Shown here in pieces: positions 1 through 9,619 of a DNA stretch of 64,000 bases. Numbering within the stretch: position 1 is the stretch's first letter; every line of letters starts with the position of its first letter. The notes under the pieces are model-generated. The model made no database searches and was not told the origin of the DNA. It worked only from the letters and a program-made list of their open reading frames with translations. Source of the DNA: an uncultured Gammaproteobacteria bacterium (GTDB taxonomy: Bacteria > Patescibacteriota > Patescibacteriia > Magasanikbacterales > UBA922); NCBI GenBank assembly GCA_964394405.1, contig CAYMVY010000001.1, forward strand, positions 166,546 through 230,545, given 5' to 3'. A program made the translations under genes and the position numbers.

Positions 1-211
1 CCAGAAATCCGTTGGCAAAGACTGGTTGCGAGAAAAGAAAATCCGGGTGATAGTGAAAAAACATTTGAGCAGTTTTTACATGATGAAGAAGCAGAAGCAG
101 ATCGTATGATCAAAGAACTTGGGGCGACTGCAGAGAAAAAAATAGAAAATGATAAAGGATACGAAGAATTTTATAGAGCACTTGATGAACTAGTAGCAAG
201 CTATGGAAATT
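1..211 (+). CDS. C-terminal 69 codons of an upstream gene, hypothetical; open frame from window edge to TAA at 209-211
   Basis: Uninterrupted frame from position 1 (…EEFYRALDELVASYGN*), overlapping the dut start by 9 nt; no recognisable motif. Confidence 0.35.
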
Positions 212-637
212 AACATCAGACGAATCGATACTTCCCTACCTCTCCCTGAATACAAGACTAAAGGAGCAGTGGCATTCGATCTCTATGCACGAACAAATGA
301 TGCAATCGCACCAAAAGAAATAAAACTAATCCCTACAAACCTTATTATCGAGACGCCCGAGGGATACATGCTTATGATTGCTGCTCGATCGAGTCTTGCA
401 AAGAAAAAAGGACTCATGATGGCAAATAATGTAGGAATTATTGATCAAGATTACTGTGGTGAAAATGATGAATTAGGGTTATTACTCTATAATTTTACTG
501 ACAAAGAAGTAGCGATTGAAAAAGGTGAACGACTCGCTCAAGGGATTTTTGTAAAAATAGAAAAAGGAAATTGGAATGAAGTTAATAAAATGGCTGATGA
601 AAGCCGTGGCGGATTTGGAACTACCGGACAATTTTAA
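203..637 (+). CDS. dut: dUTP diphosphatase (dUTPase)
   Basis: 144 aa; dUTPase fold motifs including C-terminal GGFGTTG motif 5 and the IIDQDYCGE region. Confidence 0.85.
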   Translation: MEINIRRIDTSLPLPEYKTKGAVAFDLYARTNDAIAPKEIKLIPTNLIIETPEGYMLMIAARSSLAKKKGLMMANNVGIIDQDYCGENDELGLLLYNFTDKEVAIEKGERLAQGIFVKIEKGNWNEVNKMADESRGGFGTTGQF

Positions 638-646
638 TTTTCTTAA

Positions 647-697
647 CCCTCCCCTAAGAGGGGAGGGAAGGGTGGGGTTGAGTGCAAAAACAAAAAC
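647..697. repeat. G-rich REP-like hairpin element (ccctcccct-aag-aggggaggg + ggtggggtt + aaaaacaaaaa), copy 1
   Basis: Perfect 9-bp stem hairpin seen directly; near-identical copy at 27366 with the 3-nt loop inverted. Confidence 0.6.
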
Positions 698-721
698 TAT
701 CCTAAACAATCTCAACAAATT

Positions 722-1595
722 TATGAAAACCTATCTCGACCTCGTACAAAAAATCCTTAGTGAAGGGGTTCTCAAATCAAACCGTACTGGTACTGACGCC
801 TACGCTATCGCTGGAGCAATGTTTGAGCACGACATGTCGACTGGATTTCCCCTGCTCACTACCAAAAAAGTTCCCTTTCGTTTGATCGCAAGTGAACTAG
901 AATTTTTTATTAATGGAATCACTGATAAAGAATGGATGAAAGAGAGAAATAATCATATCTGGGATGAATGGGCGAGACCAAGCAAAGCTCCCTATGGACA
1001 TGATGAGGCAAGTAAAAAAAGAATGGCAGAAGAGCGAGATCTTGGACCCATTTACGGTTTCCAATGGAGACATTTCAATGCTCCGTATATTTCCTATGAT
1101 ACCGACTATACAGGACAAGGGGTAGATCAACTAAAAAATGTGGTAGAAAAACTAAAAAGTAATCCGAATGATCGACGTATGATTGTCATGGCATGGAATC
1201 CTAGTATGCTTTCTGACATGGGTCTCCCTCCGTGTCACTATGGATACCAGGTAACCGTAATTGATGGCAGACTAAATTTATTATGGAACCAACGTTCAGT
1301 TGATGTAATGCTCGGTCTCCCTTTTAATATCGCAAGCTACGCGCTACTTCTCCATCTCCTTGCCAAAGAAACTGGTCTAAAAGAAGGAAAGCTAGTAGGT
1401 TTTCTTGCTGATGTGCATATTTATGAAAATCATGTTGAAGGAGCCAGAGAACAACTCACCCGTGACCCAAATAAGTATCCACTTCCGAAAATAGAAACTC
1501 CTCAATTTACGTCAATTTTTGATTGGAAATATACTGACTCAACAATCACAGGTTACGAAAGTTATCCGACCATTAAATTCCCTATCGCAGTATGA
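722..1595 (+). CDS. thyA: thymidylate synthase ThyA (start moved from the track's 576 to MKTYLDLVQKIL at 722)
   Basis: Conserved ThyA motifs: RTGTD, DRRMIVMAWNP, LPPCH active-site Cys, HIYENH; the 576 start would overlap dut and the hairpin. Confidence 0.85.
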
Positions 1596-2059
1596 TCGCT
1601 CTCATTGCTGCAATTTCAGAAAACAATTGTATTGGCAAAAACAATACTTTACCTTGGCATATTCCCGAAGACATGAAGCATTTTCGTAAACTCACCAATG
1701 GAAAAACAGTCGTAATGGGAAGAAAAACCTGGGAATCAATTCCTGAAAAATTTCGTCCGCTCCCCAATCGAAAAAATGTGGTGATTACCAGAAATCTGGA
1801 CTACACAGTCCCTGATTCAGTTATGCTGTACCATTCGGTCAAAGAAGCGCTCGAGCATGAAGGTGGTGATGTCATGGTAATCGGAGGAGCAGAAATCTAC
1901 GTGCAATCGATCGAGCTCGCAGACACACTATACATTACTCACGTACACACCTTTATCGAAGACGGAACTGCATTTTTCCCTACAATTGATAAAAATATTT
2001 GGAAAGAAGCGGAGCGAGAAGATCATGAACATTTCTCGTTTGTTACGTATAAAAAATAA
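1592..2059 (+). CDS. folA: dihydrofolate reductase
   Basis: MIALIAAISENNCIGKNNTLPWHIPEDMKHF… classic DHFR N-terminus; ATGA overlap with thyA (thyA-folA operon). Confidence 0.85.
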   Translation: MIALIAAISENNCIGKNNTLPWHIPEDMKHFRKLTNGKTVVMGRKTWESIPEKFRPLPNRKNVVITRNLDYTVPDSVMLYHSVKEALEHEGGDVMVIGGAEIYVQSIELADTLYITHVHTFIEDGTAFFPTIDKNIWKEAEREDHEHFSFVTYKK

Positions 2060-2067
2060 GCCGATAT

Positions 2068-2655
2068 ATGTTTATCGTTCTCTACGGCATCAACAATCTA
2101 GGCAAAAGCACTCAAGCAAAAAAACTAGTCGAACGCATGAATAGGGAAGGTTATACTACCGAGTACCTCAAATACCCTCTCTACACGGAAGAGCCTGCAG
2201 GTCCGATTATCAATAACTACTTACGTGAAGGAAACACCTACAATTTAACCCCGCGTGAAGCACAACTTCTGTACGTTCTCGACCGCACCCAATATGAACC
2301 AACACTCAAAGAAAAGTTAAGTCAGGGAATTCATGTGGTTGCTGAAGATTATACAGGTACGGGTATTAGTTGGGGTATTGGTGCAGGAGTGGATGAAGCA
2401 TTTCTCAAACGAGTCAACAGCCACCTCTTGAAAGAGGATATCGCATTTCTCTTTGAGGGTGAGCGATTTACCGAGGCAACTGAGCAGGGACACAAACATG
2501 AGACAGATAACACACTCATCGAAACAGTCCGCAGAGCACACGATACACTAGGAACTGAAAATGGCTGGATACGAATCAATGCAAATGAAACAATCGAGGC
2601 AATTCATGAAAAACTCTGGAACACAGTTATTCTACGAATAAACCAAGGAGAATAA
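2068..2655 (+). CDS. tmk: thymidylate (dTMP) kinase-like P-loop kinase
   Basis: P-loop YGINNLGKST, size about 195 aa, position directly after dut-thyA-folA; family assignment from motif and context only. Confidence 0.55.
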   Translation: MFIVLYGINNLGKSTQAKKLVERMNREGYTTEYLKYPLYTEEPAGPIINNYLREGNTYNLTPREAQLLYVLDRTQYEPTLKEKLSQGIHVVAEDYTGTGISWGIGAGVDEAFLKRVNSHLLKEDIAFLFEGERFTEATEQGHKHETDNTLIETVRRAHDTLGTENGWIRINANETIEAIHEKLWNTVILRINQGE

Positions 2656-2735
2656 ACCAAAATCTCTATCTATGTTATACTAAACCCTAGAATTTTCTTT
2701 TGCCTTTTTACCTTTTACTTTTAACTTTGTAAAAT

Positions 2736-3509
2736 ATGCTTCTCCCCGTCTCAGACCTGTTCAAACGAGCATTCACCCCCTATCACAAATTTCCAAAACT
2801 AATCACTGGTTTTATTGTATTAATGTGTCTTCCAATACTATTCTTCGGAATCGCAAAATTTTCTTTTGATCTAATCGGTCTTGTGTACGGTACCATGGTT
2901 CCAGCTGCATATCTACTAGGCATTGGATCGCTTATTGTCTCAATACTCTCTCTATGGTTCACCCTCACCTATATTTTAGCAGTCGTCGATATTGATAGCG
3001 GGGTTGCACCACAAAAATTATCAGGATACCTCAAAAAATCTCGTATATATATCATCCCCGCAATTGGATTAACTCTTCTTGGAGGATTGATTGTGCTTGG
3101 AGGATTAATACTTCTCATCATACCAGGAATCATATTCAGTATTTGGCTCATGTTTACCCTACACGCCAGAGTTATAGATGAAAAAAAAGGATTAAGTGCT
3201 CTATCGTGGAGTAAAACCTTGGTAAGTGGAAATTGGTGGGGAGTATTTGGACGTAGTATATTGAGCGTCCTACTCGTTTCAATCCTTATGTCTGCCCTAG
3301 GAAGTATCCTAGGAGCGCTTTTCCAGGTAGACCTCGAGAATCTGACATTCCAAAAATTGACTATCGTAAACTTCATTTTGACAGTACTCATTGCACTAAT
3401 GCAGGCTGTATTTACCCCATTTGCCTCTGCTATCCCTACCATCCTTTACCTCGACCTCAAACGGTCAAAATCTGGGTCCCCTGACCCTCTTGAGCCACCG
3501 AAGGCATAA
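2736..3509 (+). CDS. multi-pass membrane protein, hypothetical
   Basis: 257 aa, at least 6 hydrophobic helices, no recognisable catalytic motif. Confidence 0.45.
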   Translation: MLLPVSDLFKRAFTPYHKFPKLITGFIVLMCLPILFFGIAKFSFDLIGLVYGTMVPAAYLLGIGSLIVSILSLWFTLTYILAVVDIDSGVAPQKLSGYLKKSRIYIIPAIGLTLLGGLIVLGGLILLIIPGIIFSIWLMFTLHARVIDEKKGLSALSWSKTLVSGNWWGVFGRSILSVLLVSILMSALGSILGALFQVDLENLTFQKLTIVNFILTVLIALMQAVFTPFASAIPTILYLDLKRSKSGSPDPLEPPKA

Positions 3510-3619
3510 ACTTTCTCTTAAATCAATCACATACCACCGGCTAAACACCGGTGGTTTTGTTCTACCGCATAACATGATAAAGACAAAGCCAAGATAAAGC
3601 GAGAGTATAGGGAATCAAA

Positions 3620-3679
3620 GGGGGTTCGAGGGTGACAACTGTCTGTCCCGACTCAGTCGGGATTGGTTACAAAAAGTAC
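3620..3679. repeat. 60-nt structured element (gggggttcgagggtgacaactgtc…cccgactcagtcgggattggttacaaaaagtac), copy 1
   Basis: Contains hairpin cccgac-tca-gtcggg; second copy at 18018-18137 shares both halves and carries a 55-nt internal insertion. Confidence 0.55.
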
Positions 3680-3757
3680 GGAAAAGAGTACAGATTTTCC
3701 CCTCTTTTCTTTTAGGATAAACAATGGTACGCTATTTTCATTATCAAAGAAAAAACT

Positions 3758-5278
3758 ATGCCAAAACTTATCCCAATTATTGGAATGGAGGTACATATAG
3801 AATTGAACACCGAATCAAAGATGTTTTGTTCCTGCCCGAATAACCCAGATGAAACAACGCCAAACAAAAACATTTGTGAAATCTGCACGGCACATCCAGG
3901 TACACTGCCAGTGCCCAATAAAGCAGCCATAACCTCTACGGTCAAAATTTCAAAAGCACTTGGTGCAACTGTTCGTGAACTCTCAAAATTCGACCGAAAA
4001 CATTATTTCTATCCTGATCTTCCCAAGGGATATCAGATTTCCCAATATGATGAACCTATCGGGGAACATGGGACGATCACTCTTGAATTCGAACCAGAAA
4101 GCAATATTCGAGATACTGCAAAAATCGGAGTGAGACGAATACATCTGGAGGAAGATACTGCAAAATTATTTCATGGAGAGAGTGGGACACTGGTTGATTT
4201 CAATCGCGCAGGAACACCGCTCGTGGAAATCGTGACTGACCCAGACTTTATGTCAGCACTTGAGGCAAAAACATACTGCCAAGAACTCCGAACTCTTATT
4301 CGTGCCCTAGGAGTCAGCGAAGCTGATATGGAAAAAGGTCACATGCGCTGCGAAGCCAATATTTCAGTGCAAACTGTAGGTACATTTGAAATAGTTGATG
4401 GCGAAGTCAAACCGCTCAGACACGCGACACTAAATCCAAAAGTTGAACTCAAAAATCTCAATTCTTTCAAGGCAGTAGAAAAGGGTATTGAATTTGAAAT
4501 CAAACGACAAACTACCATGATCGAAAAAGGAGAAAATTGGGTACAACAGACACGAGGCTGGAATGAAGACGAAGAAATCACAGTGCTCCAGCGAACCAAA
4601 GAAAATGCCGCAGACTATCGTTACTTCCCTGATCCAGATATTCCCCCATTTCATCCAATAAAAATCGCAGGTAATCTTTCCCTGCCCGAGCTACCTCAGG
4701 CAAAGCGAAAACGATTTAGAGAAGAATATGGGCTGTCATTTGCAGACGCTTCTTTGCTATCACAAGACAAGGCTTGGGCTCATTTTACCGAAGCAGTCAT
4801 GAGTGAAGTATCTGAGTGGATCACTGATGACGAAGAAGTACGACCAAAAGTTGCTCGTCTTGTAGGTGGCTGGATTACAAGTAAACTTATGGGCGGATTA
4901 ATCGAAAGAAAAAAAGAAATCAGTGATATACAATTCACTCCTGAAAACTTTGCTGAATTAATCTCACTTATTTATACTGAAAAAGTAAACTCGACCAATG
5001 CACAAAAAATTCTGAATATCATGCTAGACCATGATCGAGATATTGACCCAAGTCATATCATGGAAGAACAAGGTTTGGGGCAAGTGAGGGACACCGAAGC
5101 ATTGGGTGCCGTAGTTGACGAAGTTATCAAAAGCTATCCAAAACAAGTTGCTGATTTCAAAGCAGGCAAAGAACCAATTCTCAAATTCCTGATCGGTATG
5201 GCCATGAAAGCAACCGAAGGAAGTGCTGACCCAAAGATGCTTGAGGCATTATTCAAAGAAAAAATTAGTGTTCTCTAA
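3758..5278 (+). CDS. gatB: Asp/Glu-tRNA(Asn/Gln) amidotransferase subunit B
   Basis: 506 aa; N-terminus IGMEVHIELNTESKMFCSCPN and C-terminal GatB/YqeY domain are typical. Confidence 0.9.
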   Translation: MPKLIPIIGMEVHIELNTESKMFCSCPNNPDETTPNKNICEICTAHPGTLPVPNKAAITSTVKISKALGATVRELSKFDRKHYFYPDLPKGYQISQYDEPIGEHGTITLEFEPESNIRDTAKIGVRRIHLEEDTAKLFHGESGTLVDFNRAGTPLVEIVTDPDFMSALEAKTYCQELRTLIRALGVSEADMEKGHMRCEANISVQTVGTFEIVDGEVKPLRHATLNPKVELKNLNSFKAVEKGIEFEIKRQTTMIEKGENWVQQTRGWNEDEEITVLQRTKENAADYRYFPDPDIPPFHPIKIAGNLSLPELPQAKRKRFREEYGLSFADASLLSQDKAWAHFTEAVMSEVSEWITDDEEVRPKVARLVGGWITSKLMGGLIERKKEISDIQFTPENFAELISLIYTEKVNSTNAQKILNIMLDHDRDIDPSHIMEEQGLGQVRDTEALGAVVDEVIKSYPKQVADFKAGKEPILKFLIGMAMKATEGSADPKMLEALFKEKISVL

Positions 5279-5281
5279 ATT

Positions 5282-5713
5282 ATGAATAGTGTACAACTCT
5301 TCGTCGCAACCAAAGCCTTCATTGTTCATGAAGGAAAAGTATTAATCATCCGTGAATCAGGTACATACACCGATGGAACCAATTCAGGAAAATACGACGT
5401 AGTCGGTGGCAGAGTAAAACCAGGTGAAAAATTCGACGAAAGCCTCAAAAGAGAAGTAATGGAAGAAACTGGACTAATAGTAACGGTTGAAAAGCCAGTG
5501 CATGTAGGTGAATGGAGGCCTGTGGTGCGAGAGGAACAGTGGCAAATTATAGGAATTTTCTTTGTATGTAGAGCAAAATCCTCTGAAGTCACATTGAGCC
5601 AGGATCACGCAGAATACCAATGGATTGACCCAAAAGAATATATGAATTATCCGCTCATCGATAATTTAAAACCCGCCTTTGAAGCCTACCTCGAATATGA
5701 AAGAAAACAGTAA
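5282..5713 (+). CDS. NUDIX hydrolase
   Basis: Nudix box GGRVKPGEKFDESLKREVMEETGL (GX5EX7REUXEEXGU). Confidence 0.8.
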   Translation: MNSVQLFVATKAFIVHEGKVLIIRESGTYTDGTNSGKYDVVGGRVKPGEKFDESLKREVMEETGLIVTVEKPVHVGEWRPVVREEQWQIIGIFFVCRAKSSEVTLSQDHAEYQWIDPKEYMNYPLIDNLKPAFEAYLEYERKQ

Positions 5714-5843
5714 CACAGAAGCATGTTCCTACTGCTCAAACCCAAAACAAATAGTCTGGGTCCACGGACACGGACAATGCGCGCACTGTGGAATCAATAC
5801 TGACGAATGTTGCAGAGGAGAATCATGCGAAAATAAAACATAA
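5697..5843 (+). CDS. possible 48-aa Cys-rich zinc-ribbon peptide (MKENSNTEACSYCSNPKQIVWVHGHGQCAHCGINTDECCRGESCENKT), not in ORF track (<60 aa)
   Basis: CxxC…CxxC…CC…C pattern, ATG start, ends 1 nt before a strong rho-independent terminator; overlaps the Nudix 3' end by 17 nt. Confidence 0.3.
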   Translation: MKENSNTEACSYCSNPKQIVWVHGHGQCAHCGINTDECCRGESCENKT

Positions 5844-5873
5844 AAAAATCCCCGATGTGGGGATTTTTAATTA
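5844..5873. terminator. bidirectional rho-independent terminator (atccccgatgtggggat + T-run)
   Basis: 8-bp GC stem followed by TTTTTAATT; serves convergent genes 5282..5843 (+) and 5871..6488 (-). Confidence 0.7.
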
Positions 5874-6488
5874 ATATCCTGCTCCTGGTAAATCATTGAT
5901 CAAACTCTCCATATCTTTACTATCCGATCTCGACTTTACGATCCCCGCTCTCCTATCTTTCCATAATTGGCGCTTAATACGAAGCTTAGTGTTGTTACTA
6001 AATCCTCCGCCAGTTTTCAGACTTTTTGCATGCCCGGCTATCAAATTTTCAAAATATTTCAAATCCTCTGCACTCAAATTTTTATATTTATCCAGACGTC
6101 CATATTTCATATGGATGAGGCCTTTGCGCAATTTCTTTCTACTAAATGCTCCTCCAGTGCCTACTGCTCCAGGGTCAATATCACCCTTGGCAGCCTCGAG
6201 AGCGCGTTTCTCCTGCATCTTCCGTTGAATATATCGATACCTCATGCGATCCCTTGCTTCATCTGAATCAGCATCACTAGATGCCACAGGAGCAGCGCCT
6301 GGATGAAAAATCGAAGTCGATGCCGGAGTTCGGAGAGCACCTACGCGCGAGATAGAAGTACTTGGACCAGCACCAGATCCCTGGGATATATGTGAAATTG
6401 ACGAAGATACGTGTGACTGAGTAGAAAAAATACTACTACTCGTAGGACGTGTCTGATTGATTGAAGAAATAGGATTAACGACAGGCAT
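5871..6488 (-). CDS. hypothetical protein with Ser-rich low-complexity N-terminus
   Basis: 205 aa ORF ending at the shared terminator; no recognisable domain. Confidence 0.4.
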   Translation of the reverse strand: MPVVNPISSINQTRPTSSSIFSTQSHVSSSISHISQGSGAGPSTSISRVGALRTPASTSIFHPGAAPVASSDADSDEARDRMRYRYIQRKMQEKRALEAAKGDIDPGAVGTGGAFSRKKLRKGLIHMKYGRLDKYKNLSAEDLKYFENLIAGHAKSLKTGGGFSNNTKLRIKRQLWKDRRAGIVKSRSDSKDMESLINDLPGAGY

Positions 6489-6493
6489 AGTAT

Positions 6494-7435
6494 CTATGAT
6501 GCAAGAAAATTTTTAATTTCTTTGCGCGCTTCATCAATAGTATGGCACCAATGGATTTCTTGATCGCGTTTGAACCAGGTCATCTGACGCTTTGCATATC
6601 TCCGAGTATCTCGCTTGAGCTGTTCAATCACCGCACCAAGTGTTGCAGTACCTTCAAGCAATGGTCTGAAATGACGATACCCAATACCACTCATACTCGG
6701 CAAACTCCATCCATACTTTTGCTTTACCAAATATTTTACCTCATCTTCGAGTCCATCTGCAATCATCATGTCCACGCGCTTTTCAATGCGCGTATATAGT
6801 TCATCTCGCGGAACAGAAATTCCAATTTTTAATATATTAAAAATTTTATCACCTTTTTTCTTTTGTTTTGAAAATTGTTTTCCAGACAAAATACAGACCT
6901 CGAGTGCTCGAATAAGTCGGCGCTTATTATGTATATCAATCGTAAGCGCCATATCAGGATCAAGATTCTGAAGCCAGGAAAAAAGTTCCGGAGCACTTTT
7001 TTCCTCAAAACTAGCCCGTAACTTTTTATTCGGTGGAATGCGGGGAATATGAAAATTATCAGTCAATGCCTCAATATAGAGACCTGTACCCCCGACAATT
7101 ATAGGAAGTTTTCCTGCCCGTACAATTGTTTTAATATGCTTCATGGCACGATCTCGAAATTCGGCTGCAGTAAATACTTTCCCTGGATTTAAAAAATCAA
7201 TTAAATGATGTGGTATACCATCAATCATATACACTCTCCGAAGACCTGTATACTTCCATTCTCCTTGTGGTTTTGCCGTACCAACAGTCATGTGTTTAAA
7301 TATCTGACGCGAATCAGCGCATATTACCTCGCCATCAAATTTCTTCGCCAGCTTAATACCCCACTCGGTTTTCCCAGATGCAGTAGGGCCAACGAGAGCA
7401 ATAATTTTGGGGAGTGTGGAGGTTTCAATTCGCAT
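6494..7435 (-). CDS. miaA: tRNA dimethylallyltransferase
   Basis: P-loop GPTASGKT, ADSRQIFKHMTVGTAKP, typical MiaA length. Confidence 0.85.
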   Translation of the reverse strand: MRIETSTLPKIIALVGPTASGKTEWGIKLAKKFDGEVICADSRQIFKHMTVGTAKPQGEWKYTGLRRVYMIDGIPHHLIDFLNPGKVFTAAEFRDRAMKHIKTIVRAGKLPIIVGGTGLYIEALTDNFHIPRIPPNKKLRASFEEKSAPELFSWLQNLDPDMALTIDIHNKRRLIRALEVCILSGKQFSKQKKKGDKIFNILKIGISVPRDELYTRIEKRVDMMIADGLEDEVKYLVKQKYGWSLPSMSGIGYRHFRPLLEGTATLGAVIEQLKRDTRRYAKRQMTWFKRDQEIHWCHTIDEARKEIKNFLAS

Positions 7436-7577
7436 ATAGAGGGTAGAGTGTCAGAGGAAGACTCTAAATATAAAAATAAGATACCCCCCTTGTTGATCTT
7501 ATGTTCAAAAGCTATACTTAGGTTTGTCTGAACTGTACGTGAAATAATAAATAAAATCAAGAAACAAAAAGCAACCT

Positions 7578-8069
7578 ATGTACATCATCCTAAACAAACC
7601 GGTAGGCTATAACACATCTCAAATCACCCCATCATTATTTGAATTACTAGATGAGACACACTGCATTTCAAAACCAATTCCAGACATTCCAGACACTCTT
7701 TTCTCAATTGATGAACTGGAACAGAGTTCAGAGGGATTGATAGTGATTACAGATATACAGCACAATACAGAAGGATATGAAAGTGAGTATGAAATCACTA
7801 TTGATAAATACTTATCACCCCAAGCAATGACCATACTCAAAAAAGGTATGAATATAGAGGGAAAATTATACGCTGGTATTTCAATTATTGAAGAAAAACA
7901 CAAGGGAAAACGTTCAGTAGTACGAATCAATTCAAGAAAAACAAATGATAACGGAATACGTACCATGTTTGAGGCTATCGGATATCATGTAGTCGGATTA
8001 CGACGAATTAGAATAGAAAATTTCAAACTGGGAGTACTGTCTATTGGAAAATGGAAATATGCAGCGTAA
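7578..8069 (+). CDS. RsuA/RluB-family pseudouridine synthase lacking the S4 domain
   Basis: LNKPVGY start; catalytic-Asp region (SID…SEGLIVITD) aligns to RLD…SEGLLLLTND; C-terminal IRTMFEAIGYHVVGLRRIRI matches RsuA family. Confidence 0.55.
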   Translation: MYIILNKPVGYNTSQITPSLFELLDETHCISKPIPDIPDTLFSIDELEQSSEGLIVITDIQHNTEGYESEYEITIDKYLSPQAMTILKKGMNIEGKLYAGISIIEEKHKGKRSVVRINSRKTNDNGIRTMFEAIGYHVVGLRRIRIENFKLGVLSIGKWKYAA

Positions 8070-8143
8070 CCCAAAAAATACGCATGTGTTTGCAACCACA
8101 GCCCACTCCTGATACTATATATTCAAATATTATCCTCTCTATT

Positions 8144-9217
8144 ATGCCAAAAAATTCGACTAGATCGAATGTGAGCTTTGATCGAATACGAGCTATTTTC
8201 TTTTTTGGAATGCTCGGAATCTTAAGTCTCGGAATGCTCTATCTCTTCCGTCCATTTGCATTCCCAATATTTTGGGCAGCAGTTACGGCCGCAGTGTTTT
8301 ACCCCATGTATAAAAAAATTTTAAAAAGCACAAAAGAGCGTGAGGGCGCCAGTGCTTTAATTTCGGTATTCATCATCATTGTTATTATTTTTATCCCCCT
8401 TGTCACACTTTCAGCATTAGTAGTCAATGAGTCAGTAAGTTTATACCAAAAAATTTCACAATCAGGGGTATTTGATAGTCCACAAAACGTCTCTTCATGG
8501 CTCGAAGGAACGCCATTGGCACCTTATCTCGACACTATTCGCACCAATTGGACTGCATATGCCAGCAAAATCACACAAACAGTGAGCTCCCTCCTCTTCA
8601 ATGGACTCAAAAATGTGACACAAAATTCTGTTACATTTGTTATCATGGCAATTATCATGCTCTACACACTGTACTACTTCTTCAAAGATGGTAAGCGCAT
8701 GTTGAAGAGACTGGGTCATATCTCGCCTATTAGCGGAGAATATGAAGACATGTTGTATGATCGATTTACCTCAACAGTCCGATCAACACTAAAAAGTACA
8801 GTCATTATTGGTGGTATCCAAGGACTACTTGGTGGAGCACTATTCTGGATCACAGGAATTGAAGGAGTACTAGTCTGGAGTGTCATCATGGTGATTATTG
8901 CCATTCTCCCAGCTATGGGAACTCCACTCATCTTGGTTCCTGCGGCAATTATCATGTTTGCACTGGGTAATTTCTGGCAAGCAGTAGTACTTCTCATTGG
9001 TACAGGGGTGATCAGTGTCGTGGATAATTTCCTCCGTCCAATGCTTGTCGGACGAGATACACAGATGCACCCATTGATTATTTTCTTTAGCACACTTGGA
9101 GGAATATTTATCTTCGGAGTTTCTGGATTCGTCATTGGCCCGGTTATTGCAGCACTCTATATCTCAGTACTTTCAATCTACGACCACTACTACAATAAGC
9201 AGTTGAATGAAGAATAA
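8144..9217 (+). CDS. AI-2E family transporter (UPF0118/PerM-like permease)
   Basis: 8 TM helices; conserved GGIQGLLGGALFWITGIEGVLVWSVIMVIIAILPAMGTPL segment; start moved to internal Met at 8144. Confidence 0.7.
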   Translation: MPKNSTRSNVSFDRIRAIFFFGMLGILSLGMLYLFRPFAFPIFWAAVTAAVFYPMYKKILKSTKEREGASALISVFIIIVIIFIPLVTLSALVVNESVSLYQKISQSGVFDSPQNVSSWLEGTPLAPYLDTIRTNWTAYASKITQTVSSLLFNGLKNVTQNSVTFVIMAIIMLYTLYYFFKDGKRMLKRLGHISPISGEYEDMLYDRFTSTVRSTLKSTVIIGGIQGLLGGALFWITGIEGVLVWSVIMVIIAILPAMGTPLILVPAAIIMFALGNFWQAVVLLIGTGVISVVDNFLRPMLVGRDTQMHPLIIFFSTLGGIFIFGVSGFVIGPVIAALYISVLSIYDHYYNKQLNEE

Positions 9218-9220
9218 TAA

Positions 9221-9252
9221 AAAAAGACTCCCGATCGGGAGTCTTTTTTTAT
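9221..9252 (+). terminator. rho-independent terminator (gactcccgatcgggagtc + T7)
   Basis: 9-bp perfect stem followed by TTTTTTT. Confidence 0.75.
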
Positions 9253-9254
9253 TG

Positions 9255-9337
9255 TACCGCGGGTGGGAGTCGAACCCACACGACCTTGCGATCAAGGGAT
9301 TTTAAGTCCCTCATGTCTACCATTCCATCACCGCGGC
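9255..9337 (-). tRNA. tRNA-Leu(UAA), type II with long variable arm
   Basis: Reverse complement folds as a cloverleaf: acceptor gccgcgg, anticodon stem aggga/tccct with loop cuUAAaa, T-arm gtggg-ttcgact-cccac. Confidence 0.75.
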
Positions 9338-9579
9338 GTATTATTTTTTCTACTTCGTATCAAACCTATAATAGCAACAAGTCCCCAAAAAACTTGTAAT
9401 GCAGCAGCTGGCCAGGCTTTCTGATGCACCACGCTAACTCCAATACCTATTGCTCCTAATAAATTTGTTATCTGATACCATCGACTATCCCCTTTTACAG
9501 TCCCAGTGGAAACTAGAATATACGACACTCCAATGAGAAAAGTGCCGACCCAACCTATTATTTGAATAGTAAGTTCCAT
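9328..9579 (-). CDS. small membrane protein, hypothetical (2-3 TM)
   Basis: 83 aa hydrophobic ORF; 3' end overlaps the tRNA-Leu 5' end by 10 nt, which lowers confidence. Confidence 0.3.
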   Translation of the reverse strand: MELTIQIIGWVGTFLIGVSYILVSTGTVKGDSRWYQITNLLGAIGIGVSVVHQKAWPAAALQVFWGLVAIIGLIRSRKNNTPR

Positions 9580-9619
9580 ACAAAAGTCTGCTAAAATGTA
9601 CCACGCGCAAAGCCAAAAA

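Noticed and set aside
576-721. ORF-track start of thyA at 576
   Set aside because: It would overlap dut and read through the REP-like hairpin. The conserved ThyA N-terminus (MKTYLDLVQKIL) begins at the Met at 722.
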